From the NCBI GenBank assembly GCA_964016885.1, contig OZ024742.1, positions 110,608,001 to 110,672,000 of the forward strand: DNA of 64,000 nt, written 5' to 3'. Every line of letters starts with the position of its first letter. Within the stretch, counting starts at the first letter, position 1. This document shows, piece by piece, positions 59,923 through 64,000 of this stretch. The translations under genes and the position numbers were made by a program. Source of the stretch: Eledone cirrhosa. Lineage: Eukaryota. Under the pieces are notes generated by a model, which made no database searches, was not told the DNA's origin, and saw nothing but the letters and a program-made list of their open reading frames with translations.

Positions 59923-60938
59923 AATAATGAATAAACAATTCCTTATATTAAACAAAAAAAGTTCATTATTTAACGATCGTTTCTAGGGTATATATGTGTT
60001 ATAATTGGTATGCATATTCAACAGATCTATGTACAAAATTATACAAAATTATACAAATTATCAAGATTAAATATACATACCTAACACATATATACGCCGT
60101 CTTCAGAAATAATGAAGTATATTTATTGATAATAACAACAATTCAAAATATCAGTTCAAAATTGACCAATGAAAACACAAAGGGTTAAAAGCAGTTCGGT
60201 GTGTGCATATACATGTAAAATCCTTACACATATTTTACAAAAATGTGTGTATAATTTGTATACGCATACTAAAAAGATGGATGCAAACACAAAATTTCAA
60301 GGTTAATATCTCCGTAAGCTTAATGCGCTGATAAGATGCGCATTGATACTTATGGAGTCAAGCATATAAATATATTTTTTCATACTCACACATATCAGTA
60401 TAATCACACATACATGCGCGTATATGCATAAATATACACATAACCACGAACATACAAACACACACACTCCCCCACTCACATTTATATATGTGGATATAAA
60501 ATCATAAGCACATAGAAATTAAACCACTCACATAAAACACTGGCACACACATTTCAAGATCAAGATACAGAAATTAGGTGGGAGGGGGGGGGAAGGGGTC
60601 AGTATTCAATTGTCTGAGCAGACTGCCTAATATAAATGTATCTATAAATTAAGAAAAATAAAAAAATAAAACAATAAAATATAATAAATATAATATAATA
60701 TACATACACATACAGATATATATACACACATACATACATGTACGCGCACATAGAGATATTTACGCATACACACATACACACATACATATACAGTCATACA
60801 CACACATATACTTACACGAACATACACATACACATATAAAAAGATATATATATACACACACACACGCGCAACACATACACACATACACATATATATAAAA
60901 AATAGATAATAAAGATATATATCCATATATATATATAT

Positions 60939-60993
<55 letters not shown>

Positions 60994-61088
60994 TATACAC
61001 ATACATACACATACATCTAAATATACATACACATACATACACACATACATGTACATACATGTACATACATATACGCACATCGATATAC

Positions 61089-61123
<35 letters not shown>

Positions 61124-61387
61124 CACTCACATAGACATATAGATACATACACACACAACTTACATACACACGCATATATATATATATAGATGTACCTTCA
61201 TATATAGAATTAGATATATAATCATACATACATATGCACCTACTTATACTCATATATATAAATACATACGCTTCCATATATGTGTATATACATAAAAAAA
61301 CAATACAACCTCACCAAACTCAGACATACAAATAAAAATAATAATAAAAAGGCACATGTATATACATACACACACGCATTAATAGAG

Positions 61388-61418
<31 letters not shown>

Positions 61419-61630
61419 TACATATATATATACACACATATATATACACACACATATATATATATATATACACATATATATATATATACACACACATAGA
61501 CTCATACACATATATATATATATATATATATATAAACATATATATCCACACACTCATACCACCATAAATACACATACAAACACCCACATGTATATATATA
61601 TATATATATATCTACATACACACACGTATA

Positions 61631-61666
<36 letters not shown>

Positions 61667-64000
61667 CACACACATAAAAAACAGACATGCACATATATAT
61701 ATATATATATATTTTATTACTCTTATATATACACATATTATATATACATACACAACTTCACTTATACACATATACCCATAAGTTATATTATAATAATAAA
61801 GAATAATATACATATATATATATACATATACATATATATATATATATATATATACATACATACATACACATACATACATACACATAAATATATACATACA
61901 TAAATACACACATACGAATAAAGACATATATTCACACATAGACACCTATATATATATATATATATATATCTATATATATATATACACATATATATACATA
62001 CACATATACACATACACACACACACACACACACAGACACACATACACACTCACATATATATCTATATATATGTGTATGTGTGTGTGCGCACATACACATA
62101 TATACACACACACATACAAACACACACAAACACATACATATGCATACGTGCACACACACACACATATATCACATATATACGAAGATAAACATAAAAATAT
62201 AAATAGAGAGACATACATATATATACACAACACACATACACATACATACATACACGCATATACATATACATACATATATACACATATATATATTCCTATA
62301 TATACAAGCATACACATACATACACATATATACACATACATACACATATACATACAACACATTCACATACACATACATATATAATGCATATATATACATA
62401 TATATACATACATATGTATGTACAATCATATATACACACACAATCTTACATTCATATTTGCATGCTCATATATGTATTTTTATATTTAGATATAAATACC
62501 CAAACCTATATAGACACCTACCTACATATATATTCATACATAGACGCTTACAAATACAGATGATAATAGTATAGGGGAAAGGGGGGGTTTGGAGAAGGGG
62601 ATCAAAGTAAATATATGTTTCAAGAAACATATAATATTTTCCGTATCTTAATTCAATGTATGTTCTTACATATTTTCAGTGCTAGGAAATACGAAATCTA
62701 TGCATCTCAAAATAAATAAGTATACCATTAATCATATGTTAACTAAACCAAAGATAGTCAACATATTGATTTCTAAGGTGTAAATTAGTTAGGTTTATAA
62801 TATTTGAAGCAGAATTTTGAAGTCAAACAGTAGTAGATTATTAATTACAGTATAACTAAATTAAAGTTAATAACGTTATGGTATCAATATTAGGAGATGA
62901 ATTTAGTAATAGGGAAAAGAAACCCAAATAAAAATAAAATAAAGTATTACATCGGTAGTAGCATATAAATTATATGTTAACTAAATTAAAAATTATATAT
63001 TTATTTCAATAGTATACGTTAATTAGTATATGTTAATTAGGTATACAATACATAAAGCAGATATTGTATTTCATCAATAGCATAATATAATTATATGCAA
63101 ATAGAAATCAAAATTAATACGCATACATATACATATACATACACATACACATATACATACATATACACACACACATATATATACATATATATATATATAT
63201 ATACATATATACACATATATACATACATACAGATACACATACACAACACACACATATACATACACATATATATATACATATCTTTTTCAAAAAATTGCAC
63301 AGAATATATTAACTAGGTATATATCCAAAACACATCTCATTCTATGATTACATGACATTCTGCAATTCGTCTGTATAAGGATACTAATTTTAAGCAAATT
63401 AAAATTAAAATTTTTAGGTTGATTAAAACTAAAACCAAATAATAAATATATTTCCAAAATGTATATTAATTAGGTCTATAATACTAAAAATTATTTCTCC
63501 GTCATTGGATACATGATATTATTTTGTTATATTTTATCTGTAAAAGAATTATAATAAAAGGTTTAAATAAATTAAAATTAATCTATAAATTAAATTACTA
63601 AGTATATATTAGTAATATTTAAAGGTTTTTCACAATTTATGATTACATAATATTTTCTCATCTGTAATAAAATATTAATTAAATTAAATTTATAGGTTAA
63701 CTAACATTTAAATTGAATTAATTTCTAGAATAATGTTATTAATTAGGTTTATAATATTTAAATGTTTTTTTTAGTTTATGATTACACGATATAATTAATT
63801 CCTGTCGTTTATTTAATAAGATATCCTTAGACCTCATTATTTCAAATAGTTCTTGGGAACATAATCTACATTCCTTTCTATTATTTTGATAAGGGGTGGC
63901 TCTTTTGAGCACACTCCAGGTCAAATCATATTTTATATTCTTATTTTTATAACTATTGATTTTTTCTGCTAGAGATGTTGTATTAGCCAGTGCGGCATTT
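59918..64000 (-). mobile_element. PLE running off the window: GIY-YIG C-terminus (64000-63739), long low-complexity 3' region and terminal HHR
   Basis: TTSLAEKINSYKNKNIKYDLTWSVLKRATPYQNNRKECRLCSQE...LLNKRQELIISCNHK; assignment of 59918-63738 as its 3' UTR is inferred. Confidence 0.7.
59962..60116 (-). ncRNA. Type I hammerhead ribozyme with 10-bp stem I and very long stem II
   Basis: TTCATTATTT-CTGAAGA-CGGCGTATATATGTGTTA...TAACACATATATACCCTA-GAA-ACGATCGT-T-AAATAATGAA. Confidence 0.85.

Overview
AT-rich eukaryotic (animal) genomic DNA with dense (TA)n/(CA)n/(TC)n microsatellites and tRNA-derived SINEs; the repeat landscape suggests a cephalopod such as octopus (inference). Almost all ORFs in the supplied track are microsatellite artefacts. 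Two minus-strand exons (9015-8831 and 136-63) splice in phase and appear to be the last two coding exons of a host gene with a hydrophobic C-terminal tail, so most of the window is probably intronic. The rest is retroelement material: six Penelope-like element (PLE) remnants (GIY-YIG, one with RT), a near full-length disrupted R4/Dong-type LINE with a degenerate HDV-like ribozyme at its 5' end, RTE, L1/Tx1-like and Gypsy fragments, and a 2.1 kb 31-bp minisatellite. The main unannotated signal is about 19 hammerhead ribozyme (HHR) motifs, read by eye, from many sequence-unrelated families. They sit in short TA-embedded elements that form foldback palindromes (two carry an HHR on both strands) or terminally redundant units resembling retrozymes. 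One inverted arm ends exactly at the predicted GUC cleavage site. All folds and coordinates were derived by eye and need computational confirmation.
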